Source: Ramazzottius varieornatus
Taxonomy: Eukaryota > Animalia > Tardigrada
Reading direction: 5' to 3'
Assembly: GCA_001949185.1 (NCBI GenBank)
Contig: BDGG01000017.1
Span: 248,001 to 312,000 of the forward strand
Length of the DNA: 64,000 nucleotides
Positions 1 to 12,857 of the stretch are shown one piece after another. Below the pieces are notes generated by a model that had not been told where the DNA came from, did no database searches, and worked only from the letters and a program-made list of their open reading frames with translations. Numbering within the stretch: position 1 is the first letter of the stretch; every line of letters begins with the position of its first letter. Made by a program: the position numbers and the translations under genes.

Positions 1-109
1 TGCGCCATTTGGAACAGCAGTTTTATCGAATTAAGGTCTCTATTTTCTTTTGAAACATGTCCTTAGATTTTGCCGTTCGGATGTTAGAAATGATGTTTTC
101 TTTTCGCAG

Positions 110-3100
110 TTTGACACGCTGACGTTCGACGCGCGATATTTGTGCAAAGATCTTCCAGGGCTCTGCTACGTCGGCTTCGATTTGGATGGCTCTACAGAAC
201 GTAAGTTTCCCAGCCTTCTCGATGAACCAGCTTATTCATGGGGGTTCTCAATCTGCAGGCTCGGAAGCATGGAAGAGACCATTTCGAGTCATCAGTCACA
301 GCTCGGTGGAAGTTGACCGTCGAATGCTCAACCGGACGTTGGAGCTGTGGAACATGGCTAGTGGCGGCGAAAGCCTCGACGACTTTTTCAAGTAAGCATT
401 GGCCACCTTTTTGTCACTCTCCGATGTTAACCGGTCTTTCTAATAGCATCGATACTTCGGTTAAAGTGACAACCAAAGACGCGGGAAGCTTCCATTTGCC
501 CATCACGCTGCAGTTCATTTTCCCGCCGCCGCTCATCAACCCAAAGTCCTACCCAGTGGCTTTTCCTCTTTTGACCATCGGTAACTTCTCGGTGAGTCCC
601 TTATGCTTGATCGACGAAGGCGTAATGACAGTTTTCGAGAGTGGAAGTGACTGAGCTGTCTGTAGGAAATCGACGTGGAACTGATCAACCCCACCCACAA
701 AGTCCTCTTTGTCCAAGCATATGTTCTTCGGGACGACAGACCTGCCGTACTTAGCACGGACATCTTCTACGTCAAGTCCATCGTGCCGAAAGTAAGTCGA
801 AGATTCTGTTCAAACTCTGATGATTGAAAGATCTGCTAAGAGAAACTCCAGTTTCTTTCACGCACCTGCATGCTTAGTTGGCGTATGATATTGGTGATTC
901 GATGTACGCATGTACATGAATGGTAGCTGTACTCTTGTACCTGCATACTTGGTTAGCTAGGGAATCACCCAGTTTCATATACGTAGGTGCTTGAGAGACT
1001 GGCGATTATGTGTTTGCTACCGGGAAAAGTTGCGAAATACGAAATGTCTGATGTGTTTCCTTGTAGGGTACGTCGGAGGGGTTCTACGGTGTGGATGACG
1101 AACGCCTGCCATCGAAGCTTCGCTTACCGACACCGGTGAAGGGGACAGCAGCGTCCGTAGTGCCGCCTGGAGGAACCTTCCTGGTTCGCTTGGTTTTCCA
1201 GCCCAAAGCTGAAGCTTGTATCACTGGTATTCTGTACCTTCGGAACAACTTGACGTTCACAGAGGCTGTACCAGTAAGAGGCTGTGGTGTGGAACCCAAG
1301 ATCAGATTTTCCAACGATGCCTCGGCGGTCACTCTACCCACTAACTTGACCGTCAAGTTCACAACCAAAGACGCTCTCTATTGCCACGATAGTAAGATTA
1401 GCCGGACCTGACGGTTTTGCCGATTCCGCTTTATCCCAAAGGCCGGCAAAGAGCAGTGTGCAGTCTGTCATACGCCTGCATACTTTCGCTCCAAATTGAA
1501 TACAAGAGTCAAGTGTATGCGGGATCGTGATGGTTCTGTGCGTTTTGTTTGCCGACCTTCTGAGTGATGCTGCTGTATACAATTATGTTTGGCTTTATCA
1601 TTGTGTGAAAGTAGGCAAGTGCTTGATGTAACATGACCCTTGTTAACGTGAAGTCTTTGCAGAAACAGTGGAGACGGGTGACCGCTCCAAGATCCTCCGG
1701 ACCGGTAAGTTTTCTGTGCTGAACACGGGTGGCGCCTACGTGTCGATCGAACGAGTGGAAGTGCAAGAAGAAGACTGGTACCATCGAAGCTTCGCTCTAC
1801 CCAAGAGCGGGCCCTTCCTTTTGGCGCCCAACAAGAGTCGACGCCTTCTCGTCGAGTTCAACCCGGACTTCGGCCAGACCACCAAAGTCGGCAAGGTGCT
1901 GGTCCATGTGACGGATAGAAATGAGCCGTTCGTCTACAAAGTGGTGGCACAGGTGGATGCCAAGGCGGCAGAGGCCTGTCGACCAGTCTTTGGGCGCTCG
2001 GAGAACGACTGGAGCATCCAGGCGGTCCTTTTGGCTAAACGCTGGGGATGGCTCCGGCATGTCATACCGGTGGCCATTTTGGCCTTCTACCTTATGCTGG
2101 GCAGGGGATGGTATGAGAAACGCCTGCGAGATCAGTTCATTCAGAAGTAAGATTGAAAATGCGAACAGACCACAACCTGCATGCATGGTCGTGCGGCAGC
2201 CGCACATTGCTGAGAAGGCAGGTGCTCGATATAGCGACTGAACGAGATGTTGCATGAATCTGCATGCTGACGCAGTTCGTTAAATGTACGGAACATTGTA
2301 TGCAGGTAGATGATTGGAGCATCTTTTTAGGTATTTTGTCGTCTTGATGGACGAAGCCGCTGCAAGCAAACGGAACAGTAACTCCTTGAGGCCTGCGAAC
2401 AGGACTACTCAAGAGAGCCTGTCGTCTTTCAACGAGACGCGTCGGCGCAAAGCTCCGCAGAAGCAACAGCAGGCACAGCAGCAGTCGAACGGCAACACCT
2501 CGAAGGTCTCCACCTCGGCCGAGATTTCCAACCTCCTACCAGTGGAGGACTCGTTGACGAACGCTACTAAGCATTCACTTCGTGAGGCCATGGAGAAGCA
2601 GATACCCGAGGCGCTGCGCGAACTCTTTTGCGTGGCGTACTTTGCCTCGGTTCCCTTCACCTACTTGTGGAACTTCCCTTTGCCGAAGGGCTATGTCTAC
2701 AGGGTGTACCTACTGTGTGAAGTCTTCTGTTGGCCTTTAAGGTATCCTACAAGAACGATAAAATTATACAAAAATTAGACGGAATCAAGAAAAAGGTTTT
2801 GAAAATACTGGTACATATGGGAGCTCGGCGACCAAGCTGGAAAAGATGTTCTCGAGAGTAGCGCGCCTTTGCGGTATTATCAGCTGACGGCCTGCGCCAC
2901 GTTAACATCATGACAAGAATGTTTTTCCAAGTGGCGTATGTCTCAGTGTTCATGGGTGGAAGCGTGCGCCACTTGAGGAACGATCTTGCCTAGTTTGTTT
3001 GTTCAAGTCCCAAACAAGTAAATGCTCGATGATCATTTTCGCAGGTTCATCTTCGCGGTGGTAGTGAGGCTGGTCAACCTGGTCCTGCGCTCTGCTGGCT

Positions 3101-6100
3101 ACCAGCAGTTATCCATCGGCTGGCAGAGCTTCCGCAGCACAGATTCTGTGATCGTCAACGTGGGCCAACGCGGTATCGTGGTGGCCGGGAAAAACTGGTC
3201 GGTAGACTGGAATAGAATGTTCGGGGCATTCAAACGCTTCGCTATTCCTGTGGTGGCGACCACAGCCATCACACCGTTGAAAGAACCGGCTGTCGGACTG
3301 ACACTCTCAACCACCACCAACAACGTCACCTTCGAACATACACCGACTAGTGTGACGTTCAATAACGTCAAGACGGTCGACGTCACATTTAACGGTAAGG
3401 AACATGGTGTGATGCAGCATTTTACGCTACCTTGATCAAGCGGCGTATTTCAGCAGCGAAAACCATGTTATAGTGCGCATTGTCGACGGTGGTCGGTGGA
3501 TCAGGATCACCCCGATTACGTTGCGCAATTTAACAGCTGAATCTGCAGTGAAGTGCGGTAGTTGAGGCGGCGTGGTCCTATTGTCGATCGAGCGTCGAGT
3601 ATCTTTTTTCTAGGATCCACTGCGAGCTTGACGTTTGATCAAGTGAAGTCGGTGTTGAACAAGATGGACTCTGGTGAGAAGTCGCCGCAGAAGAGTGTGG
3701 AAGAAGTGGTCAAAGTGAAGGCTGTCGAGACGGGGAAGCTTGAGCCGTTGGAAGTAAAACACTCGCCTCGTGTTCAGCTGGTAGCAACAGCGGTGGAGAA
3801 GGACAAGTACGAGGAAGAAGCTGACTCGCCCGTGTCTAGTGTGGCCGAAGACCTGGACAACGATCAGGACAATGAAGAAGACAGCGAGATGGACGAAGTC
3901 GACGAGCAGAACGACCAAGAGAACGAATTCGAAGAGCGCAAAGTATCGGCGAGGCGGCTGCGAAGACGCCAGATGCATCAAGCCAAGAAAGCAGCCGAGA
4001 AGGCAGCCAAGATGGCCAAGACCCGCCGCAAAACCGAGACGGAAGAAGCCGAAGAAGCTGCAGCCAAGGAGGAGAAGGACAGGTCTTCAACAGGCGACAG
4101 TGGCCAAGAGAAAGAAGGAGGAAGTGATTCCGAATGGGAACGGGAGAAACTGCGCGCTAAAAGAATGGCCAAGGCGAGCGAAGATCATGACCCAGTAGTG
4201 ACCTCTTAGTATACTTCCTGGCAAAAATAATTTTTTGACCTTTGGTTTTTTTAGGTTGAGGCCAATCGAGCACTGGCTAAACGAACGGCGAAAGGTGTGA
4301 CACCCTCCAGCACGCCAGTGCACAGCCTGACCAACAGAGCGGTGAACTATCCTGTGCAGGTGGAGGTTATCCAGCAGGCTTTTTATCGCGTCGTGCCGAA
4401 GGAGAATGGGCTGATGTTTAGCGACATGAACAGGGACGAGTGTCTGCAACTGGTCAAGCAGCTAAAGAGGGACTACAACAATCTTTTCACCATGGACCCA
4501 AAGGTAGGATGGGGGAGGATGAAAATGGAAAGGTGTGTTGTTGCTAGTGGTTGCGTTGTTGTTGGGTTTCCAGGCAGCAGTTGAGCTGCTACAGCGAAGT
4601 ACAAAGACCAATCGTTATCGCATTGACGGCGAATTTGTCGATCTGGCCCGCAAGTCAACTTTCACGGCTTTCGCGGAGAAAATTCGGTTAGTGTGCTCTT
4701 ATACCCTGGAAAGTGTTCTTTTTCTCTGCACATAACAAAAAAACAATCCCACTAAGTTATGGTTTGTATTTTCTGGAATATTTTCCGCTTTTGGGTGATC
4801 GATCAGCAACCTGGGTGCATCACATCACGAATCTGCGCAATTGCTGATAAGTGATGTACTGGGGCTTCTGTATGCAGGGACGTGACAGATGCATGCAGGT
4901 TATTGATTTATTTCCGATTGTCTGTGGTTTATTGGCGGGAATGTTTCGAATGATTGTAGGACAAAAAAGGAAGGTGAGCGGGAGGTCCGCGATGGCAGTT
5001 TGACGGGACATCCTCGTGTCAACGCTTGGAAGGCCGATACCCATCCTCGAACTTCACAACCTTCACCAGTCCACCCAGCACCAACACAGCATCGGCCTCG
5101 TTCGGCTGTCCGAGCGGATGACCGGACTGTAATCACGCAGGACGGTCGCTGGTCCTTATCGCCAGTCAGCTCGGATGGGCCAATGGACACACGACTCTCA
5201 CCTGGTAAGCTTGCGCGTAAAAGGGTCCTGGACTAGTGAGACAGATTCGACGAGATTGTTTTGGCAAGTGGCGCACACTGTTGGCTTTATCGTCCGAAAA
5301 GTGCGCCACTTGAAAAGTCTAACATGATTGCTTCCCCAAGCGACGCACACTCTAAGCTAATAACGCTAAATCTGTGCGCGGCTTGAGAAAAGACTCTTAT
5401 CGAAAGTTCCAAGTAGCGCTGACTGCTAGCTAATACCGATAATAACGAGCGCCACTTGGGAAAAATGATCTGGTGAAGTTTGTTTTACGGTACCAAGCTC
5501 CCAACTCAAGCACCATAAATATGCGCAATGAGTAGTCGCCGAGAAATATCGAAATGCGTTTTCCAGGTCTGTCTTACGCTGACGTGGCTGGCCACACTCA
5601 CGCAACTCTTTCTCGCAAGTCCTCGCTAGAAGCCGCAGTGCATAGCAATGCTTGGAAGGCCACGTCACCGTCTTGCAGCGACAAGACAACGGTCTTCCCA
5701 TGGGACATGCCTCTGGCTGGCGCTGCTGCTCGAACCACTCCGGCCGAAGACGGTTCTGCGCTTTTGAAAGACTACCAGGAGAAATACAGCAGCTCCTTGC
5801 TGGACTTTACAGCATGTCCTTCCGACATGGGCGAATTTGTCAACGGTAAAACACAATATTTGACTATTAAAATCAGTAAGAAAGAAATAAATCTGAAAAA
5901 AATTTGAAAAATTTCAACTTCGGTCTGAAAAAGACTGAACAAATGCGAACGAAAATCAGGAGAAATGAAAACAGTAAATGATGCTTGCTTTTCAGGAGTG
6001 TTTTTGGATTCGAAGTCTCTTCTGCCGTCGAAACGCACATCACTACTGAAGGACGCCGTAGATGAGAAGGACATTTGGTCGCAGCCGGCAACCTCCAGCA

Positions 6101-6712
6101 AGAAGGTCCTCGGTTCGTTGGGCGACTCGTGGTTCAGTGGGACCTCGCTGGGCGATCTGTGGTCCGATCGCAGTGTGACCACTCGACCTAGCGCTTCGGC
6201 TAGTAGCGAAGATTGGCCCATGAGCCCTACTACAAGCACTGTCAAGGAAGCGACGGCCAGCAGCGGCGCTACTTCCAGCTTGCTTTGGCCTACCGAGCTG
6301 CTGTGGAGCACTTCCTCCTTCTTCATGGAGGACGATACTAAGCCACAGTTTCAGGTGACAAATGTGACGAGAGAGATGAATTTCCGGAAACTAGAGCTCG
6401 GCACACTCAGACGACCAGATTGTTTTTTCAAGTGGCGCACTTCTTTGGTGTTGCAAGCTGTAAGCATGCGCCACTTGGCAGACTCAACGAGGTTTGTTTC
6501 AAGTGGCGCATGTTTGCAGCGTTATTGGATGAGAGCGCGCGCTGCTTGGAGAAATGATTTGCTCGAGTTTGTTGGCCAAGCTCCAGATTATAAAATAATT
6601 CGAGTTGTTTTTATTCTGGAATTTTATTGTGTTGTGTTTGCAGGAAAGTGACGCGGCGGTCTTTGGAGCCATTGGCGAACCGAAGCCTGTGCGTTCAAAA
6701 GAGCAGTTTTGA
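110..6712 (+). CDS. TMEM131: Transmembrane protein 131-like, multi-exon, 5' end lies before the window
   Basis: Spliced exons encode ITGILYLRNNLTFTEAVPVRG (1091-1411 frame) and FSVLNTG...PFLLAPNKSRRLLVEFNPDF plus a TM helix (1668-2150), matching TMEM131 Ig-like repeats. An acidic/Lys-rich and Ser/Trp-rich tail follows. Last exon 6644-6712 (ESDAAVFGAIGEPKPVRSKEQF*) is in phase with donor 6354|GT. Confidence 0.85.
5242..5480. repeat. Palindromic family A array (3 units, TMEM131 intron)
   Basis: CAAGTGGCGCAC-N24-GTGCGCCACTTG plus two degenerate units. Confidence 0.85.
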
Positions 6713-7423
6713 TGACGACGTTATGTTTTGGTTTTATCAGCTGGAACCTTTGGCAGTTTGAAGTGTTATCTTGTCTGTCGACTTTGAGGAAACTCTGAGA
6801 CTTTGTTTTTATGTGTCATCTTGGCACTTTGCTCTCTTTGACATTTCGGAGACTGACTGATTGATGTGACAGAGATTACTGGATCGGCGAAATTTTTCTT
6901 TGTGTTTGATTCTTCAACTTTGACTTTTGACAACTCGGAACCATAAAGACTACTTCCAGATGGAGAATCTTCTAGAGAGAATCGTCTAGAGAGAATCGAC
7001 CAAACAATAATAGTTCTCAGTAATATTCGTATTTAACGTGGCCAATATCCGCAGCTAGAATCCGTCAGAAAAGCTCAATCAAATTGCTTTCCCAAGGGGC
7101 GCACATTTCCAGTTTTACTGGCTTGTGAAGCGTGCGCCACTCGGGATAACAGTCTTGTCCTGTTGGTCTGCCGCCTGCCGGGCTCCCTTTGTTGATTGCG
7201 CCAGCTGTGTTGGGCTGATCAAAGTGACGCACGCTTCGAGCCAACAACAATAGGAGAGTGCGCCACTCGAGAGAGAAAATTTTGCACGTTATTCCCGACT
7301 GTCTCACAATCGAAGAATTTTGCTACGTTTGCTTCCCGAAATCGTTTGACTACACAGCTCAACACCAATGTTGGTTTGAATTTTGGCTGACGGATATAAT
7401 TATACTGTACATTTTCTTTGCAG

Positions 7424-10102
7424 GAAGTAATCGAACTTGTCAACGTCCACGGCCTCCAGCTTCTCTCATCTTCCCTTCATCCTGATGGAGCCTCCTCCTG
7501 ACTTTGGCACCTGGGAGATTCCGGGGACGCCCTGACCCATCGGCGCAAGCTGGTCATCCCTGACATGGAATCTTCCCCAACCCTGCACTTCCTCATTGAG
7601 GAGCGTGATAACAAGGACCTCGCATACCACCACCCCGAAGCAACTCTTTCAAAGTACCAAGGAGTACGGCTCAGAAAATGCTGCAATCAGTAGATCAATG
7701 TATCACATGGGATGCCGCCGGCAGGCAAAGGAAACCTGCGAAATCGTTTCTCCAAGTGGCGCACGCTTTCAGCCAGTGTCATTCGGAACGTACCCCACTT
7801 AGAAAAAACATTCTTGTGCGTATCGTTTGCCGGCTTCCCAATACTGGTCAAGTACTTCGATCTGTTTGAAGGGTGTATCTTCGATAGGCTCTGATTAGCT
7901 TGAATTTACATCGTGCTTCTTGTTGTTCAAGCGGTCCTTGTGAGGTTATCTTGCCGACGTTTTTCCTGGTGATGCTGCATGAGTTTGGAATACGCCTTGA
8001 GCATGTTCACTTGTCGGGTTCGCTTTGTACGTTCTCTTTATCCAATATCTATTCGAGAATTTTCTACAGTTCATCTGGTCCTTCTGAGTTAAATTTTTGT
8101 GGTTTCTCGAACAATATGACAACATGTCCATGACTAACAATCGCCCGGGATCATTATGAGGTGGCCTTCTTAACGTTGGACGAGAATGCCTTGGTTCGCG
8201 CCGCACTGGCCAAAGCCGCGCTGGAGAATCTCGAAGAGCAAGATCAACGCATCTTCGACAGTGCGCGCCAGCATAAGGTACTCCAAGGTTTTTGTAAACC
8301 GTCAACAGCTAGTCTGTCGTGCTCACGAAACAAGATGATGCTGTTTTTTTCATGAATTTTGCAGATCTTTTTCCTGAAAGCGAGTCAAGTTCGGAAGCTG
8401 GTGGATGCGGCAGTGCAGTGTCAAATGCCATCTCTGCCAAAACGCCATCTGAACGGCGTGTTGTTGACAGGTTAGTCCTTCCTGTTCATTTAAGTGAGTG
8501 TTTTAAGCCGATGAAATGGCTGCATTAGCCGGAAGTAGCGGTACCACACATATTGGTCAACTGCGCCATAAAGCGTAGAGACGGTGGGTGTTAGAAAGCC
8601 ATCTGATTCAGACTAAAGACCCAAAGTGATCGTCCGGTCTTGATCTCTGGTCCTTAGGGAAGAGCCGCCTGAAGGTTGACTCGTATTGACTATAGATGTT
8701 CGGATCTGTCAGTTGAGGTGTTGAACGTCTCCACAGATGGTTCTTCCCTGCGCCCAGCTCGACCGCATTCCGGTTCGCACGCTCAGTCCTGTCCTTGAGC
8801 TTGATCAACAAAACCAACGACACAGTGATAATCTCCTCCTTATGCCCTCTCCTAATTCTAACGAACTGGGAGAAATTTCTTCCCTCCAAAAGCGGGGGGA
8901 ATCAGATTGATTTGGGAGACCGGTAAACGAAACGTACAAGATTGACATCTTGAGTGGCGCACGGTTCCATTGTTAATGTCTGGATTCATGCGCCACTTGA
9001 GGGAAACGATCCGCGAGGACTTACTGTATTTGCCGGCGTCTCATTAATCTCCTAGTGCAAAACAGATGTTGTCACAAGTCAGTCGAGTGACGTGAACGAC
9101 GGTTTCGGTGGCTTTTGCAGGATGATACCTTCTTCGTCGGTTCCTCGCGGAAACCTCCAACGGAGCATAACCCATGACTTTAGCACCTGTGATGCATTGT
9201 TGCACAGCCTGTGCAACAATGCCCAAAGCTCAAACGCGCCAGCGTCTACCTTTGCAAGTTGGTTCTGCCATGGGTACCCAGTCCTTCTCGCTGACATACC
9301 TCATCTTCCAGTATTACGCCGAAGCGGCAATCCACTGCAGATGGCCCAACAGCGGAAGAACAGCTTACCTTCCGAAGAACTTAGCCTTTTCATCGAGGTG
9401 CCGCTTCTTCAGTCAGTTTGAATCGAATCCCAAGGGATCGCCAGGTGGCGTACTATTCAAGCCAATAACAGTGGAAACATGCGCCACTCGAAATAACGAT
9501 CTTGTCAAGTTCGTTGCTCAAGTGGCGCAGGATTGCACTATCACTTTTCGGAAGCGTGCGCCACTTCGAAAACGTGACAAGGACGTTTTTTCAAGCCGCG
9601 CACACTCTCAGTTAATAACCATGAAACGGTGCGCTACTTGAAACAGCGATTAGATCCAATTTTATTTTGCCGACGTCTTGTGTTTCGATTCGTCTTTCAG
9701 GTTTGTGTGGAATGTCACAACGTTCTCTACCACGCCATCATGGAAAGTCAAACCGAGCGTTTCTATCTTTATACCAGCTGCGTTCGCCAGCTGACAGGTG
9801 ACTGGATACTCAACCAAGTCGACATCTTCCTCTTCTTAGCGCCACCATGGCAGAGCTACAGTAGGTTCACTGAATACCGCGGCCTCGTGCAGTACCACAT
9901 ACACACGTCAGCTTCCAGCTTTGTCAGCGACTCGCAGAGTGATTCTCTGGATGAAACTTCAACCCAGCAGGCACAGAGGACTTCCAGCAGAATATCCAGG
10001 CTCACGCACGCCGACCAGAGTACCTCGCCTAGTGTGTCGCGCACTGACTCGACCAGTTCAGAAGCTGATTCTTTCTATTGCAATGGCAATCGTATTCGAT
10101 AG
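7424..10102 (+). pseudogene. Probable degenerate spliced gene of unknown family
   Basis: Exon-like blocks with AG/GT ends at about 7424-7690, 8158-8277, 8365-8470, 9120-9410 and 9701-10102, and AATAAA at about 10160. The first block has an in-frame TGA (...HPDGASS*LWHLGDSG...) and later blocks need frame changes. No family recognised. Confidence 0.3.
9420..9655. repeat. Palindromic family A array (3 units)
   Basis: Three consecutive GTGGCGCA...TGCGCCACT units. Confidence 0.85.
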
Positions 10103-10756
10103 TGGGGATGTTTGAACGATTTTCTTTTCTACGGAGCGCTCTCTTTATAAAGTTTTACGAATAAAATATTTATTTTATTCCGTTGAGTTTTTATTGATGT
10201 TATCCGGTTAAGAGAATGAAGTCTTTCAGTTTCAACCGGATTTGTTGAAAATTATTTTGAAAAAAATTTTTTGAAAATATGTTTTTTCGAAAATTAATTT
10301 TCACGCATTTCTCTTGCGGTCGTCGGAGACTCCAGTGGCAAACCGGCTGTCTTTTCAGAGGGACGATCTGATGGTCGTTTGGACTCTGAAGGAATAAAAG
10401 CCCGAACCGCGATGAAGAAAACTTCCGTGTTAACGTTTCACAAGTTGAGCTTATGGTTGGTAGACTTCGTTCTGCACATTTGCACTGCGCAACTGTTCTC
10501 GTGTACTTTGCATCCTCGTCCCATGTACTATTGCTTCCGCGACTTTGCCCAGTAAACTTTGTACCACGCTTAGATGTCCAGTGTCCACATAATGGAGGCG
10601 CGCCATGCACATGCGTACGAGTGAATTCAATGAAGCCATTCCGCATGTGCATGGCGCCTGTCGCGCCTTCCATTGTGCGCACCTAAAAGCGTGTCAGCGC
10701 AAAACTAGAGCAAAAGGGCCGGGCCAGACAGTTACATGAAAGAGAAGAATGGACGA

Positions 10757-10885
10757 ATGACATCACCATTCATTCATGACATCACTTGGGAACAGTCGGG
10801 TATTTCCACCATTGCGGCTCCGCCTGTGACTCCTGCTCGGTATAAAAAGCCCAGCATTCGAAAAGTATGCAGTCAGTCAGTCAGT
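10757..10885 (+). promoter_or_regulatory. Core promoter: two ATGACATCAC (CRE/ATF-like) sites, TATA box and Inr-like TCAGT
   Basis: TGACATCA at 10758-10765 and 10777-10784, TATAAAAA at 10841-10848, and (TCAG)n/TCAGT about 30 nt downstream, ahead of the ATG at 10987. Confidence 0.65.
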
Positions 10886-10986
10886 CAAATCTTTCCTCCA
10901 CGTCAGCACTTTCCGTGTTCCAGCATACCTCCTCTATATCTCATTAAAGGATAGCCAAACATCACGAATCACCTCCTCGATACAAA

Positions 10987-11666
10987 ATGGCCCAACAAGT
11001 CACCAAGGAAAAGGTAAGAGTGCATTCTGTGAAATTTCATGAGTTGATGATCGGGATTCTGGACAATGGAACGGTACGGTCGGTACGCACCGAAGATTCA
11101 TTTCCGGCTTCTATGTTCTTCCAGCACGTCGTTGATGCCCAGGGAAATGAACATCACTCGGTGACTACCGAAGTGAAGGACGGACGATCACTGGGAGACA
11201 AGTTGCACGATGCCAAGGAAGCCTTGAAGGACAAGCCCACCGAGCAAGTTACTAAGGTTGGTTTCCCTCTTCCGTTTCCCTCTTGACTTTTTACCTGTCT
11301 AAAGGTGTAGCTTCTTTCTCTGTTTGCAGGAGAAGCACGTTGTAGAAGAGGGAAAGGTTTCTCACAAGATCGAGAGCGAAACCCGCGATCCACGAACGTA
11401 AGTTTATCTGCCTTGCGTTACCGTTTTTCTTGCCCAGATTGTTTAACAGCTAGACTACCCGGTATGAATTTACGTTCTGTGTGAATCGATCAGCTTCACT
11501 GACGCAGTTGCGGTATTTCGTTTTCTTGAGCCGGGAAATTATCCGTTCTCATTGAAGTGTAATTGAAATTTCGTTCTGCTTGTCATTCTGACACGTTGCT
11601 GTTGATATTTTCAGGTTGGGTGACAAGTTGGCTGATGCCAAGGATGCCTTCACTGGCAAGCACTAG
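10987..11666 (+). CDS. 92-aa hydrophilic two-repeat protein (LEA/hydrophilin-like), 4 exons
   Basis: Exons 10987-11013, 11125-11256, 11330-11397 and 11615-11666, all GT-AG and in phase, give MAQQVTKEKHVVDAQGNEHHSVTTEVKDGRSLGDKLHDAKEALKDKPTEQVTKEKHVVEEGKVSHKIESETRDPRTLGDKLADAKDAFTGKH*. Confidence 0.85.
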
Positions 11667-11949
11667 GTTTGCATCTTTCCATGATTCCACCGGCACGGTA
11701 TTTTTTTATCAACTGTTTCCGGTGTTTTTCGTTCAATCATTCGCTCTGTTTATAGTACCGTCCTGATGTGTTCTGTTTTGGCAGCTCGATCCCTAGTGTT
11801 CCTTTCCACCTTTGCTGCGTCTTGTGTTTTGACTCGTGGTCTCGTGTTATCCATCCGGTAGTTTGCATGCACAGCGAAAGCTGTTAAATTATTGAAATGT
11901 AAAACTAAACTGAACGGTTCAGTAAAATGCTTCGGTACGGTTACTCTTC

Positions 11950-12560
11950 CCTTCCCAGTTCTAACGCTTGGCAGGGTTGTCCCTTGCGCCTTGTCCACCG
12001 TAGCCGCAAGTGCGAGTGAACGGGGAATTCGATTCCGTGATAGTGGCTTTCGCGAAGGGCTGAACCATGTCCTTTTGAATGGATCGATAGGAACGATCCT
12101 AGGAACGATGGGACTGAACAAAGGTCCCGTATAATCATCGAACTGAACAACTACGCAGTGGCAGCGATGGTGGTCTGGCGTTTTCTGGGCAGACTATGCC
12201 AACGACTGACCCCAGAGACACATTCACAAGACCACGCTCAGTCCACAAGTTTACATTTAACATCACTCGGCATCCCGTAGCTAAGTAAATGACGGAATCC
12301 AAGCCTCCAGCTGCGCCCCCTGAACCCCTGCCGGCTCGCCCTCCGGCGCTTCGCGCCTCCGTTGCTCGTTCTTCCGCCATGTTCCGAGTTCTTTCGGGTT
12401 GGTTGTTGCAGTATCCACAGTGTCCTCCATCAAAACGGATACGGGATTAGGGTTGCTGCTGGCGTGGTAACAGTGCGTTTTCGGCGCGAAAATGGGTGCA
12501 GCACATCTACCCCGGATAATTGTTGGCCGGTTCCCAATGGTTGGTCACCCGCTTATGAAG
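11950..12560 (-). mobile_element. Decayed PIF1-family helicase fragment (Helitron/Helentron-like relic)
   Basis: Frameshifted minus-strand frames read LATGCRVMLNVNLWTERGLVNVSLGSV...VQFDDYTGP...VPIDP...SRNRIPRSLALAATVDKAQGTTL, a degenerate PIF1 C-terminus (consensus LAWAxTxHKxQGxTL). No introns. Confidence 0.75.
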
Positions 12561-12857
12561 CCGTCTAGAAAGCCGACTGTTTTGCCTTCGTCTGCTGGAC
12601 CTTTCCTGTTCATAAGCTATGTGGATGATCTTCAGTCGATTCAATCGAGTCACTCACTGATCGCCGAAATAAACAGTACGGTTCCCCAGTAAAATTTTTA
12701 ATCGCCCCGATCAAGTGGCGTGTCTTTTTTCAGTACTGTGTTTGCGACATCTGAAAGCTCGAAGAATCTGATCGTCAATTGAAATCTCGACAGACTTAAA
12801 AGGGCCTCGCTTCCGCTCGGCCTGATGAGAACGTGCGTCACTTGAATGTAAGGTTGT

